From positions 1 to 50,014 of the IMG/VR virus record IMGVR_UViG_3300027834_000009: a stretch of DNA of 50,014 nucleotides. One strand, written 5' to 3'. Below, one piece after another: positions 33,273-43,693 of the stretch (position 1 is its first letter; every line of letters begins with the position of its first letter). The notes under the pieces were generated by a model, which saw only the letters and a program-made list of their open reading frames with translations, was not told the origin of the DNA and searched no databases. Both the position numbers and the translations under genes were made by a program. The DNA is from a virus. Lineage: Duplodnaviria; Caudoviricetes.

Positions 33273-34607
33273 TTGTTTGAATCTATAACCAAGCATTTCA
33301 AGAAAAGTACAGAGACGAAAGCCTCAGGCTACTTCCAAGGTCTAGGTGATGTTTCAGGTAATTCACTAAACGAGCTAATAGTGGGCGGGGGTAATTACAA
33401 CGTTACCCCACACACAGCAGCCCAACTGTATAGGCAATCTTCAGCTATCGCTATAGCTGTGGATACCATCGCTGAAGAGATTGAGCAGATTAAGCCAGTT
33501 CTTAAAATTGGTGATGACTTTATTGATAATCATCCTGTACTCGATTTACTAGCGCAGCCTAACCCAGATGAGTACAACGATACATTTTTAGGGCAATTAG
33601 CTAGGGATTGGTTGTTAAACCATGATTTTTACTTTGGCATGACTGGCAACATTAGAAGTGAACCGATAAGCCTTTACTCAGTACCTCCACAATACATTAC
33701 TGTACGTGAGGGTGAGAACCTGTACCCTAATTATTACATCGTTTATCGTGGGCTATTCACAGGTACTTTTAATCGCGACCAGCGAGGTCGAGAACGTGCA
33801 AGATATAAAGAGGGCAACCTTAAGGAATTAGCCCACTGTAGAGGCTATTCTAGCCGTCGAACGTTCACTAGTGGTGACAGCCCCATCAATGCGATATTAC
33901 TTGAGGCTCGCCAGCACATTCAAGGCCGATATCACAACCTTAAGTTGTTAGACAATGGTGGCCGCTTGAGTCTCGTTGCGATTTTCAAAGACCGGCTCGA
34001 CAACGACGAAATTCAAGAACGTCGAGAAGGTCTCAACGAGCAATTAGGAGGAGCCCATAATGCAGGCAAGATAGCCACAATTAGTGCTGATGATATGGAA
34101 TTGATGGAGTTTGGCACAACGAATAAGGACATGGATTACGCAAACCTAGATAGTGTGGTGTTCAATACCACAATGCTACGGTATAAAGTACCCCTACCTT
34201 TGGTTACTAACGACGCGAGTACATTTAATAATTTCTCTGAGGCTGTGTTCCACCTTTATGATCGCGCTATCATTCCCAACTATAAATCGGTAATGAACGG
34301 TCTTAGTCGAGTACTTTTGCCTCGTTTCAATATTGATGTGCGTAACGCTGAGTTAACATTCAATCCTGAGACCATTGAACCGCTAAAAGCTCGTCGATTG
34401 GATGAACTGGCCAAGCGTAAAGAAGTTGGTATTGAGACTATTAACGAATTACGAACATTGCTACCAAACAGAGAACCAATTGGTGAGGAGGGTGACGTGG
34501 TGTATCAGCCAGCCACTTTAACCCCAGTAGGGCAAGATTTATTTACAGATGATAATTATAGCAGCGCCGAGGAACAACGACGCGCACAACGGGGGAATAA
34601 TGAGTAA
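33273..34607 (+). CDS. Portal protein (HK97 family)
   Basis: Follows TerL. HPVLDLL..PN, G..NAGK, KDMDY, Y.VP..L and TINELR. Confidence 0.9.
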   Translation: MFESITKHFKKSTETKASGYFQGLGDVSGNSLNELIVGGGNYNVTPHTAAQLYRQSSAIAIAVDTIAEEIEQIKPVLKIGDDFIDNHPVLDLLAQPNPDEYNDTFLGQLARDWLLNHDFYFGMTGNIRSEPISLYSVPPQYITVREGENLYPNYYIVYRGLFTGTFNRDQRGRERARYKEGNLKELAHCRGYSSRRTFTSGDSPINAILLEARQHIQGRYHNLKLLDNGGRLSLVAIFKDRLDNDEIQERREGLNEQLGGAHNAGKIATISADDMELMEFGTTNKDMDYANLDSVVFNTTMLRYKVPLPLVTNDASTFNNFSEAVFHLYDRAIIPNYKSVMNGLSRVLLPRFNIDVRNAELTFNPETIEPLKARRLDELAKRKEVGIETINELRTLLPNREPIGEEGDVVYQPATLTPVGQDLFTDDNYSSAEEQRRAQRGNNE

Positions 34608-34893
34608 TAAAGTAGGTCGTATAATATTTACTGGCGAGTTTCTGCGTGAGTCCACAGTTGATCAGCGCACCTCAATATTCAGTAAGTTTCATCCTTATGC
34701 CATTTACCCTGGGACGGATAGGGACACCTACGAATATTACGGTGTGTGTGAGGAATTCGACGAGGTAGAACCTGGCGAAGATACCCCGCTGTATCACATT
34801 GTAATTAAGGACGTTCACGGAGCCACGATAATATCATTTGACCGTATCGGTCCTCAGACTCTGCGGCAAGCATTCCCGTTGACGTTTAACTAA
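34600..34893 (+). CDS. Hypothetical protein between portal and minor head gene
   Basis: ATG at 34600 after GGGGG; TAATG coupling to the next gene. Confidence 0.6.
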   Translation: MSNKVGRIIFTGEFLRESTVDQRTSIFSKFHPYAIYPGTDRDTYEYYGVCEEFDEVEPGEDTPLYHIVIKDVHGATIISFDRIGPQTLRQAFPLTFN

Positions 34894-35768
34894 TGTGTAT
34901 AATACATCAAATAGATTTCAAGCAGATTAGCCCAGATGCTGAGAGACAGCTGCGGGCTAAGATGGAACTAGAGGAAATGGTTAAGCCAGCATTGCGTGGC
35001 TATTTTCGACGCATCATCAGAGATTTTCGTAAAATTTATGCTGCATCCGGTCGACCTATTAATATGGATGCTTATAAAAGCGAATTAGAAGTAATTCTCA
35101 CCAGACATTACGAGCGTGTACAAAGGCGATTCAAAGATAATATTCTCAATCGTAATGGTGGTAAAAATTTAATCGCGTTCTCTTGTAAGCAAACATCAGA
35201 AGAACGCCAAAGACTGGACGAGCTAATTATAATCTCACTGGCTGCATGGGCTGTAGAGAAGAGAGCTAGGGCATTAAGCTTTATAACCGCCACCAATGAC
35301 GAGCAAATGCTAAGAGCTATTGAAGCGGCACGAAGAGAACTAATTGACGCTGGTATGCCTATTGATAATCGAACACTCGCCGTCGCATCATCTAGTATAT
35401 TAAGTCGCGCATTCAATACTCGAGTTGATAGGATTGCTGTCACTGAAACTGAAGAATCAGCGGAAGCCACAAACCAAATAGTTGCATCTGCTACCGCTGG
35501 CGCTGTACCGTTTAGTGCTGTGGCTATCCAAGGTATACAACCCGCTGTACAAACTACAGAAGTGATAAAAACTTGGCGTGACATGAATGATAGCGTAGTG
35601 CGTCCCTCACATCGCCTTATTAACGGGACAAGTATCACAGAAAGTGGTATATTTATAGTAGGCGGTAGCCGGTTAAGGTTTCCCAGTGATACAAGCTTAG
35701 GAGCTTCAATCTCTGAAATTATCAACTGTAGATGTTTTGCAGATTATCAAATAGGATTTCCAACATGA
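34893..35768 (+). CDS. Minor head morphogenesis protein (Mu gpF/SPP1 gp7-like)
   Basis: RIAVTET, KTW....D..VR.SH and LRFP.D.......EIINCRC. Confidence 0.85.
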   Translation: MCIIHQIDFKQISPDAERQLRAKMELEEMVKPALRGYFRRIIRDFRKIYAASGRPINMDAYKSELEVILTRHYERVQRRFKDNILNRNGGKNLIAFSCKQTSEERQRLDELIIISLAAWAVEKRARALSFITATNDEQMLRAIEAARRELIDAGMPIDNRTLAVASSSILSRAFNTRVDRIAVTETEESAEATNQIVASATAGAVPFSAVAIQGIQPAVQTTEVIKTWRDMNDSVVRPSHRLINGTSITESGIFIVGGSRLRFPSDTSLGASISEIINCRCFADYQIGFPT

Positions 35769-36754
35769 CAACTAAGTATTTAACCGTACCTTTTGAAATT
35801 AAGCAGGTTGAAGAAGAGGACGAGTTTTTCCGAGTCAAAGGCTTAGGATCTACATTTGGTAACGTAGACCGAGGCGGTGACATTGTAATTCGTGGTGCTT
35901 TCAAGCAATCACTCACCATGCTCAAGCAGCAAGCTCGTGCCATTCCTGGCAAGCAGATGTACAACAAAATTATACCAATGCTTTACCAGCATGATCCAAA
36001 TCAACCTATTGGTTCATTTATTGTGGTAGACGAATCTGAGCGCGGTTTAGAAATGGAAGCAATATTACCAAAGGCTGACACTTTCGTCAGTGGTAGAATC
36101 ATTCCGCAAATGAAAGTCGGTAGTCTCGCTGATCTATCCATTGGATACATCACCCGTGAAAGAGAATTCGACGAGGAAGGCAACCGCAAGCTAATACAAG
36201 TCGACCTAGTCGAAACCAGCTTAGTTACAATTCCAATGAATGAAATGGCCAATGTGACAGGTATGAAAGCCTTCAAGTTCAAAAATTTACCATTAGCTAA
36301 CCGCAATCATGAATATAATTCTACCGAATCATCAGCCCGAATCGCAGAGCTCAAGGGTGATGAATACGAGTCTTTAGGGATAGAAGATGTCATTGACGGC
36401 AAGCTGCACGTAGTACCTCAGGCTCTATTTGCTAAAGCTGCTGAGTTGTGGAATTCAAAGAGCACAGACAGTGCAACTATTAGTCATTTAGAGTGCTACT
36501 ATGATAAACTAGACCTCGAAAGTCCTTTTGAGGGTAAAAATGCGTTCCGTATCGATGATATAGACACACTCTCTGAAAAGGACTTAGAACAACTTTTGAA
36601 TCATGGCGCTGCTATGAGTCGAAAATCTGCTAAAAGAATTGTAGCCGCCTTACGTGTTGAGCGAGACGCCAACAAAGGGACCGAGCGAGACGCCGGATTC
36701 ACAGATCTAGTGGCAGATTTGAAAAGTTTTAACCAATCAATCAAACAAGGGTAA
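35765..36754 (+). CDS. Prohead protease (HK97 family) with C-terminal extension
   Basis: STFGNVDRGGDIV..GAF, MLYQHD...PIG, LSIGY and E.SLVTIPMN. ATGA overlap at 35765. Confidence 0.9.
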   Translation: MTTKYLTVPFEIKQVEEEDEFFRVKGLGSTFGNVDRGGDIVIRGAFKQSLTMLKQQARAIPGKQMYNKIIPMLYQHDPNQPIGSFIVVDESERGLEMEAILPKADTFVSGRIIPQMKVGSLADLSIGYITREREFDEEGNRKLIQVDLVETSLVTIPMNEMANVTGMKAFKFKNLPLANRNHEYNSTESSARIAELKGDEYESLGIEDVIDGKLHVVPQALFAKAAELWNSKSTDSATISHLECYYDKLDLESPFEGKNAFRIDDIDTLSEKDLEQLLNHGAAMSRKSAKRIVAALRVERDANKGTERDAGFTDLVADLKSFNQSIKQG

Positions 36755-36761
36755 TTCAACT

Positions 36762-38021
36762 ATGAGTACTGAATTAAAAGCAGCACAAGACGCAGCCATT
36801 GAAGCGAAAAAAGCGCTTACTGAGTTGCGTGAAAGTGTCGACAAATATGGGCAAGAGTCTATAGATGTTAAATCGCGTCTCGACAAGATGGACGAAGTTT
36901 TCGAAAAGTCCGAGAAACATAACGAGCTGATGGTTAAAAATCATGCTGATGGAATTAAAGCTGCTGAAGAACTGAAAGACCGCATTAAGGATTTAGAGCA
37001 TGACCTAGCTACTAAGGCCGATAACAATCCTGACTATAAAGAGACTCCCGAGTATAAAGCTCTTGAGACTTTTGTATCTAAGGGTCTTGATGGTATTGAG
37101 CCTGAAATGAAGCAATTGTTAAGAACTGATGATGCAACGCAGGGCGGTTACTTAACTATGTCAGAAATGGATAATATGATTATCCGCTCAATCACTGAAA
37201 TTTCGCCAGTTCGTACAGTGGCACGTGTTAAGTCTGTAGGTAAGAAAACCCTTGAGATCCCAGTAAGGACGGGTATTCCTACCGCCACCTATGAAGGTGA
37301 AGCGGCGACAAGTCGTCGTGACACTTCAACATATGGTAACGAAACATTAACCGCGTACCGTCAGACGGTTACGGTTCCGTATACTATGGACCAGTTAATG
37401 GACTCTAATTTCAGCCTAGAATCTGAGATTAATCAAGATGTTAGCGAAGCTTTTGCACAAGGTGAAGGTCGAGCAATGGTACTTGGTACAGGTTCAAAGC
37501 AACCTGAGGGATTCTTATCCGCTGCCGCAGGCTTAATCGGTGACGCAAATCGTATCCGTAATGGTGGGTCTGGTGCAGCTGGTACCTTTAGTACTGCAGA
37601 TGCAGACGCAATCATTCGCTTAACAGGTGATTTAAAAGTAGGTTACAACCCTTACTATTCTTTCAATCGTCGTACTTTGGCCACTTTAAGAACTGTCAAG
37701 GATACATCGGGCGCTTATATATTTCAGCAAGGTATTCCTACTGTCGGTGAGGCCAGCCTAGCCGGTGCAGTACCTAATACTATCGCAGGTCAACCTTATA
37801 TATTATTTGAGGATATGCCAGATATTGCGGCTAATTCGGTACCTGTAGTTTACGCTGACTTTATGCGCGGATATTGTGTAATCGACCGCACAGGTATGTC
37901 AATGGTTCGTGATGAGCTAACGCGTAAGCGTGAAGCAATCATTGAAATTACTTTCAATCGATGGAACTATGGACAGGTTGTACTACCTGAAGCATTCCAC
38001 CTATTACAAATGGGCGTTTAA
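36762..38021 (+). CDS. Major capsid protein (HK97 fold with delta domain)
   Basis: Coiled-coil N-terminus, GGYL, E.....GTG..QPEG, L..VKD..G.YI, and ADF..GY...DR. Confidence 0.93.
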   Translation: MSTELKAAQDAAIEAKKALTELRESVDKYGQESIDVKSRLDKMDEVFEKSEKHNELMVKNHADGIKAAEELKDRIKDLEHDLATKADNNPDYKETPEYKALETFVSKGLDGIEPEMKQLLRTDDATQGGYLTMSEMDNMIIRSITEISPVRTVARVKSVGKKTLEIPVRTGIPTATYEGEAATSRRDTSTYGNETLTAYRQTVTVPYTMDQLMDSNFSLESEINQDVSEAFAQGEGRAMVLGTGSKQPEGFLSAAAGLIGDANRIRNGGSGAAGTFSTADADAIIRLTGDLKVGYNPYYSFNRRTLATLRTVKDTSGAYIFQQGIPTVGEASLAGAVPNTIAGQPYILFEDMPDIAANSVPVVYADFMRGYCVIDRTGMSMVRDELTRKREAIIEITFNRWNYGQVVLPEAFHLLQMGV

Positions 38022-38063
38022 TAGCGCTTGTTTTTGATTAACTAATTTAGGAGTTAAAAAATT

Positions 38064-38492
38064 ATGAAAGTATTTGATATGCATCATGATATTGCGCCAC
38101 GGCAAGCGTTGGCACAAGTAGCCATTACCACGGCTACTAATACTGATTGTACTCAAGTTGATACCGCAGGGTTTGAATCCTTACAATTTTTATTTTTGTT
38201 CGGGGTAATCGCAGCCGGTGGTGTGGCTACAATTGAGCTACATCATTCCGATACTGATGGTTTTACGCCTTCAGCTGAGACACTCGTCAGTACTGAGGAA
38301 ACATTAGGTAACACAACTATTGCTGACACCAATGATAACCTTGTAGGGAGAATTGGGTACATCGGAAAGAGTCGTTACGTAGTAGCTAGAATTGTGTCAA
38401 CCACAGTAAACAGCATTGCAGTAGCTGCGATCTCTGTATTGGGTACACCACATCATGCGCCTGTCGCTGATGGACCCTTAGCTGCACAGTAG
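38064..38492 (+). CDS. Putative capsid decoration/cement protein
   Basis: Follows the capsid gene and precedes a terminator. VDT.GFES...IGYIG..RYV pattern. Confidence 0.6.
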   Translation: MKVFDMHHDIAPRQALAQVAITTATNTDCTQVDTAGFESLQFLFLFGVIAAGGVATIELHHSDTDGFTPSAETLVSTEETLGNTTIADTNDNLVGRIGYIGKSRYVVARIVSTTVNSIAVAAISVLGTPHHAPVADGPLAAQ

Positions 38493-38497
38493 TTAAC

Positions 38498-38527
38498 AAT
38501 CCACCCCTAAGGGTGGATTTACTTTTC
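38498..38527 (+). terminator. Intrinsic terminator after the capsid genes
   Basis: AATCCACCC-CTAA-GGGTGGATT followed by TACTTTTC. Confidence 0.75.
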
Positions 38528-38549
38528 TCCTTAACATGGGGTACCTAAT

Positions 38550-38897
38550 ATGAACGACGAAGTTAAAAAAACAGGAATTGTAATTATTGAAGATTGTAGT
38601 TATGCGTTTGATTGCGTTAACATAATTCATTTCGATAAAGACCAAATTGTAAAAGATGAAAATCAAGCGGCCATTCTTTTGGGTTGCGGATACGCCGAAG
38701 AACGTGACATCAATGATGTTGATTTTGATAAGCTTGCAAAAGATCTTGAAGTTGCACAAGCTGCGTTAGTTGAGGCTACTGAAAAGCACGATAAATCTGA
38801 AGCCAAAGACAAAAGTAAGTTAGCCAAAGCTATCGAGGAAGCGACAGAACAGGTTAAAAATGCAGAGAAAGCAATGACGGAAGCATTAGAGGGCTAG
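38550..38897 (+). CDS. Hypothetical protein with a charged helical C-terminus
   Basis: ORF track; lies between head and neck genes. Confidence 0.65.
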   Translation: MNDEVKKTGIVIIEDCSYAFDCVNIIHFDKDQIVKDENQAAILLGCGYAEERDINDVDFDKLAKDLEVAQAALVEATEKHDKSEAKDKSKLAKAIEEATEQVKNAEKAMTEALEG

Positions 38898-38899
38898 TC

Positions 38900-39511
38900 G
38901 TGGGTAATAAAATCAAACCCAACTACTACGAGACCACCTTTACGGACCCGGTGCCAGTGGTGGTCTCTTTAGATTTAATAAAATGTCAAGGTCGCATTGA
39001 TTATAATGATGATGACGCATTGCTAGAAATTTATCGCGATACGGCAATTGAACGTATTGAAGATTTAACCAATCGATTATTAAGACCTGCTAGCGTAGTT
39101 TGTCACGCAGCATTTGAGGATCTAACAGAATTCGAGAGATATCCTTTTGTAGAGTTAGAACGCAATCCCTGTCAGTCGGTTACGTTGGTTGAATTCCACA
39201 ATGGTACAGACTTCGAGACTATCGATGTTGACAATTACCTAGTGGAACAAAAAGCGGGTTACTGGAGAGTCCAGTTATATCCTTATCAATTTTTCAGAAA
39301 TTATACATTCCCTGTCGATGTTCCTTATCCTATCCGTATCACTTTTGATGCTGGATATCCTGACGGTCAAATAACAGCAAAATTAAAGCTTGCTGTTATG
39401 CAGTATGCTGTATGGCTTTGGAATAATCGAGGCGATTGTAGCGAGGAAGATTTACCGCCTGCATTATGGGACCTTATCGGACAATGTCGAATAGTTAGAG
39501 TTTTTGGATAA
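38900..39511 (+). CDS. Head-tail connector (gp6-like adaptor)
   Basis: VSL..IK...RID...DD.LL..Y...A...IE, ITF.AGY and L..NRGD. Confidence 0.85.
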   Translation: MGNKIKPNYYETTFTDPVPVVVSLDLIKCQGRIDYNDDDALLEIYRDTAIERIEDLTNRLLRPASVVCHAAFEDLTEFERYPFVELERNPCQSVTLVEFHNGTDFETIDVDNYLVEQKAGYWRVQLYPYQFFRNYTFPVDVPYPIRITFDAGYPDGQITAKLKLAVMQYAVWLWNNRGDCSEEDLPPALWDLIGQCRIVRVFG

Positions 39512-39930
39512 TGGCCACTTGTAAAACTCGTCGATTCCCACGAGAAAAAGTATGTGCTGGTGATTTACGTCATCGTATCACCATAGAACAGCGTACTCAT
39601 GTAGAACCTCAGCCTGGTCTAAATACAGGTGTGGGGTCTATGCAGTATCAAATAATTAAACGTTGCTATGCTGGTATTAAGACACTTAGCGGCATGTTTA
39701 GTGGCACCGCTAGGTTTGACGGTACCAACATTGAAGATAGACCTACTCACACATTCACTATTCGACGAGACCCGAATTTTTCTTTGATTGAGGCTAGTAA
39801 TTATTTTATTCGTTACAATTCCAGACTATTTAGAATATTAAGAGCAGCTATCAAAGACGAAGATAATAATATAGTGGATATATCCGCCACCGAACGAGGA
39901 GTGGATACTCAAGAGGCTAATCAGGCATGA
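39511..39930 (+). CDS. Head closure/stopper protein (SPP1 gp16-like)
   Basis: AGDLRHRITI, THTFTIR and Y..R.F.I; gene order fits. Confidence 0.75.
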   Translation: MATCKTRRFPREKVCAGDLRHRITIEQRTHVEPQPGLNTGVGSMQYQIIKRCYAGIKTLSGMFSGTARFDGTNIEDRPTHTFTIRRDPNFSLIEASNYFIRYNSRLFRILRAAIKDEDNNIVDISATERGVDTQEANQA

Positions 39931-40370
39931 CGGTTAGGGTATCAGTTCATGCTCGTAGCAAGCGAGTATTAATAGCACTTAGGAATCATAACACCCAGTT
40001 TGATCAAGGGATACATGAGGCTCTTTATGATATTGGACGCATTACGCAAACTGAGATTAGGCGCTTGCTTGATACTGGTCCTAAGACTGGTAGAATATAC
40101 TCCAGACCCGGAGGGCGAAGACATAGAGCCTCGGCACCTGGAGAAGCCCCCGCGACCGATACCGGGGCATTAGCTAAATCAGTTGATTATGTTGTTCAAA
40201 GTGCTATAAGAATGGAAGTAGGCGACCGAGAACATTATGGTGAGTATTTAGAGGACGGCACCCGTAGGATGCGAGCTAGACCTCATGTTGTACGGGGTGC
40301 TAATAACACAGCTGGTAGAGCTGTGGTGCTATTAAGTGAGAGAGTCATCCCAAGGTTAGGCATACTATAA
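39927..40370 (+). CDS. HK97 gp10-like tail completion/neck protein
   Basis: H.ASAPGEAPA.DTG.L..S and Y..YLE.GT.RM.ARP. Confidence 0.82.
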   Translation: MTVRVSVHARSKRVLIALRNHNTQFDQGIHEALYDIGRITQTEIRRLLDTGPKTGRIYSRPGGRRHRASAPGEAPATDTGALAKSVDYVVQSAIRMEVGDREHYGEYLEDGTRRMRARPHVVRGANNTAGRAVVLLSERVIPRLGIL

Positions 40371-41482
40371 TGATTAGTCCTGAAGATATTGTATTTCATC
40401 TACAAACATTCATACCTAGATTTACTAATGACTTTAGTGAGCAAATCCAAGGCTCTGCTAGTGTGTTAGGAAATGTGGTCACAGTGCAAGCTAGTAATCA
40501 TGCATTACAAGACGGTAATAATATTATTGTCCGTGGGTCTAATTTTCAAAACCAATTATCTGACGTAACTATCAATGCAGATGGTTCAACCAGATTTATT
40601 ACAACTTTTGACCATGACCTAACAGAGCCTAGATTAGCGGAGGACCAAAGGACGTTAGTACTAGATGGAATTGCGGTTCCTTGGGAGGGTGCACACATCA
40701 TTGATAGTGTATCGAATAGACGAACCTTCGAAATACTCACGCCCATTGGTGAAACTATCGAGCCTGACATTACAAATGCGTTCCTCATTGAAAGTAGGTC
40801 TGCTGGTGTAGGTGGTTTACAGCAAGTGGATACTACTGATATAAGTTCATTCACGTTCAATTTATCCCCTGATTTCCCCACACTCCCTACTGGGGAAATT
40901 GGCGATATTGAAATTTTAAAATCAGTTAGGGTGTCGGGTGCTGCTGATCTTGCTAGGGCTGAGGAGTTGTACACCCAAAAAAGCGGCATAAACGCGACTA
41001 AGCCCTATTTATTTGTTATCATGTTAGATGCTGACGTATCGAAGGATAGGCATAGCTTGAATGATGGTGTGGGTACATTCACATCTCAGAATACAATGAA
41101 GCAAACTATATTACAAAATTTCGTAGTAGCCGCATTTATTCCTACTATTACGGATGTATCAGGATTCAAGGCTCAAGACTTAGCCTATAATGATTATTTT
41201 ACAGCGTTAGTCAACGTTATGTTTGGTTTTCAGTTTCCTGATCCTGAGACTCAACAAAACTATGTGACAGTTTCAAATGGTCACGGCCCTGCGGGTGATT
41301 ACAATTCGAGCTATTACATACACGTGTATAATTGGCAAACACCCAGTGTTATCACCTTTGATAATGGGTTTAATTTACAACCTGATGTAGCATTTAGAGA
41401 TATAACCGCTACATGGGATATTAACAGAGACGACATGTCACAAATGTCTAATAATATCAATCTCGATGATGAGGCGTTATAA
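40370..41482 (+). CDS. Putative tail terminator with inserted beta-rich domains
   Basis: Lies just before the sheath gene and ends with AFRDI, like Mu-type neck proteins. The N-terminal part has VTV....HAL..G..I.V.G-type units. Confidence 0.55.
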   Translation: MISPEDIVFHLQTFIPRFTNDFSEQIQGSASVLGNVVTVQASNHALQDGNNIIVRGSNFQNQLSDVTINADGSTRFITTFDHDLTEPRLAEDQRTLVLDGIAVPWEGAHIIDSVSNRRTFEILTPIGETIEPDITNAFLIESRSAGVGGLQQVDTTDISSFTFNLSPDFPTLPTGEIGDIEILKSVRVSGAADLARAEELYTQKSGINATKPYLFVIMLDADVSKDRHSLNDGVGTFTSQNTMKQTILQNFVVAAFIPTITDVSGFKAQDLAYNDYFTALVNVMFGFQFPDPETQQNYVTVSNGHGPAGDYNSSYYIHVYNWQTPSVITFDNGFNLQPDVAFRDITATWDINRDDMSQMSNNINLDDEAL

Positions 41483-41483
41483 T

Positions 41484-41714
41484 ATGCTTAGTTCTAATAA
41501 GTTAGAGAATAAATCCATTACATTGCGTAATGATTCACAGGTTGAACTTAACGGTGTAGAACCAGGTCAATCAGTTAGTGTGAAGGTGGATAAAAAAGGG
41601 GTACCGCTACAACGTTTTTGGCGTGACCGTTTACGAGACTCAAGCTATGACGGTTGTGTCACCAATTTAAACTCGGCTAGCAACAAGCAAGCCCAAGCAA
41701 AAAAAGGTAAATAA
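41484..41714 (+). CDS. Small pre-sheath protein (DUF2635/Mu gp38-like)
   Basis: VP...FWR.RLRD...G.V motif, directly before the sheath gene. Confidence 0.6.
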   Translation: MLSSNKLENKSITLRNDSQVELNGVEPGQSVSVKVDKKGVPLQRFWRDRLRDSSYDGCVTNLNSASNKQAQAKKGK

Positions 41715-41717
41715 ACT

Positions 41718-43262
41718 ATGGGTAGTCCACAAGCTAATCCAAAACTTGGAATTCAGCTTTTAGCAGCTGGAATCATAACCGCTTTCGCTGACCGCCGGGA
41801 TTTAATCGTTGGTCAGTTAGGCTCCGCAGGTAATGCCACAGCTGGTGCATTATCGGTTGATGCACAGTCGATGACTGAAGCTGAACTACGTACCGCTTTC
41901 GGGACTGGTGATTTGTATCATTCAATATTATCGTTCAGAGGAGGTAATGGTGGGTATTCACCTTTAGATATCCTACCTTTTGCCCCAGAAGGTGGCGAGG
42001 CCGCAGCAACATCAATCATTACAATTACTGGACCTGCTACCGCTGACGGAGTGTTGCAGATTCAGGTAGTTGATGGGAGTAGATTTTCGGTCAGTGTGGC
42101 AATTACCAACCTAGATACAGCCACTCAGATAGGTAACGCAATTGCTACCGCTTTGAATGGCCTTTCAAATGCACCATTTACAGCGATTAACGCGTTAGGT
42201 ACGGTCACCATAACAGCTAGTGATATAGGTGCTGTTGCCAATGATTACAGTATTGCTACCAGCGGTGGTGCAGCTGGCGTAACAGTAGCCTTAACCAATT
42301 GGACCGGTGGCGGTGCAAACCCCGCAATTACTAGTTTGCTAGATGCAATTAGTGGTAGACGTTACACTGGTGTTTTATGGCCAGAATATTTACAAGCTGA
42401 AATAAGTACCATTACCGACGAACTTGACGCTCGATTTAATTCGGGGTCTTTAATTCTAGATGGTGTAGCATTTCATGGGCGTAGCGAAACTTTCGCCAAT
42501 GCTCGCGCGGCTGTATCAACACTTAATAGTCAATCGTTAGTAGTTGGTGGTAGTAATGTTGTCGCAGGTAATGCAGCTATTTTACAACCTGCTAGTTGGG
42601 TTATGGCCTATTTCCAAGGAGTTAGGGCTAGACGGTTAACACCTAACGCGCCTATTTCTGATTTTATTGTGGCCACAAATGCACCTCTCGATGCTAGCGG
42701 AGGACCGTCACTCGCATCACTGCCCTATTTCAATACACCATTGGGTCAAGTTCCGGTCACATTACCCGCTAATCAGTTCACTAGCCAAGAACAAGGCACT
42801 CTTGAAGATGATGGTTATACTACCTATGGTGTTAACACTTCCGGTAATAACATGATTATGGGCGCTGTAACAACCACATGGACCACAGACGCAGCAGGTA
42901 ACGCTAATGATAGTTTTCATTATCTAAATTATGTAGATACAGGTTCTGCCTGTCGTGAAATTATTCAACGAACCTTATCAGCTACTTATGCTCAAAGTCG
43001 TCTAACTGAGGGTGATTTAGTTCCTGGACGCAGCATTGCTAATGCGGAATCTATCAAATCCGAATTGCTCAATATTTATCGCAATTTAGCAGAGCTTGCA
43101 CTGACTCAGTCAGGCAGACCAGCCGAGAGTGAATTCAGTAGTAATACTGTTGTGACTGTTAATTTAGCGGCACGTACAGCGACTATAACAGGACCTTTAC
43201 CAATCGTCACACAGCTAGGGCGGATCAACTATCCGTTAGAGCTTGCGTTTACAGTTGGTTAA
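41718..43262 (+). CDS. Contractile tail sheath protein (Mu gpL-like)
   Basis: 514 aa. LIVGQ, FG.G, V.I...DTAT.I..AI..A.N, L...GYT and T..AG..D..F..LN. Confidence 0.85.
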   Translation: MGSPQANPKLGIQLLAAGIITAFADRRDLIVGQLGSAGNATAGALSVDAQSMTEAELRTAFGTGDLYHSILSFRGGNGGYSPLDILPFAPEGGEAAATSIITITGPATADGVLQIQVVDGSRFSVSVAITNLDTATQIGNAIATALNGLSNAPFTAINALGTVTITASDIGAVANDYSIATSGGAAGVTVALTNWTGGGANPAITSLLDAISGRRYTGVLWPEYLQAEISTITDELDARFNSGSLILDGVAFHGRSETFANARAAVSTLNSQSLVVGGSNVVAGNAAILQPASWVMAYFQGVRARRLTPNAPISDFIVATNAPLDASGGPSLASLPYFNTPLGQVPVTLPANQFTSQEQGTLEDDGYTTYGVNTSGNNMIMGAVTTTWTTDAAGNANDSFHYLNYVDTGSACREIIQRTLSATYAQSRLTEGDLVPGRSIANAESIKSELLNIYRNLAELALTQSGRPAESEFSSNTVVTVNLAARTATITGPLPIVTQLGRINYPLELAFTVG

Positions 43263-43281
43263 TCATTAAGAGGATTATTAA

Positions 43282-43680
43282 ATGCGCGCTTTATCAGTAC
43301 CACAAGTAAATATCAATAACGAAAATATTCGTATTGTCCCTAATTCCCTCGAATACGACGGGGGCGAGGGTGAGGTTAACGTTCGTGCTGCTAGTTCGGG
43401 CGGTAACAGTACCGTTACTGTTCATACAGTTAATGCCGAAACTAAAATGTCTAAAGTAAAAATCGATGTATTTTTGACCACTGACATTGATAGACAGATA
43501 GCTATCTGGAAAGAAAGAGTAGGCGCTAACGCTATTACTTTTGCTGAAAGGTTTGCTAATGGCGAAGCAGTAACACGTGGATTTTCAAGAATGTCACTCA
43601 CGAACAATGTAGATCGTAGTGCATCGGCTGACGGTGTGGTATCTCTAGAATTCATGGGCGACCCAATGACACAACAATAA
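43282..43680 (+). CDS. Tail tube protein
   Basis: 132 aa directly after the sheath gene, ending DG.VSLEF.G. Confidence 0.75.
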   Translation: MRALSVPQVNINNENIRIVPNSLEYDGGEGEVNVRAASSGGNSTVTVHTVNAETKMSKVKIDVFLTTDIDRQIAIWKERVGANAITFAERFANGEAVTRGFSRMSLTNNVDRSASADGVVSLEFMGDPMTQQ

Positions 43681-43693
43681 GGAGTTAACTTAT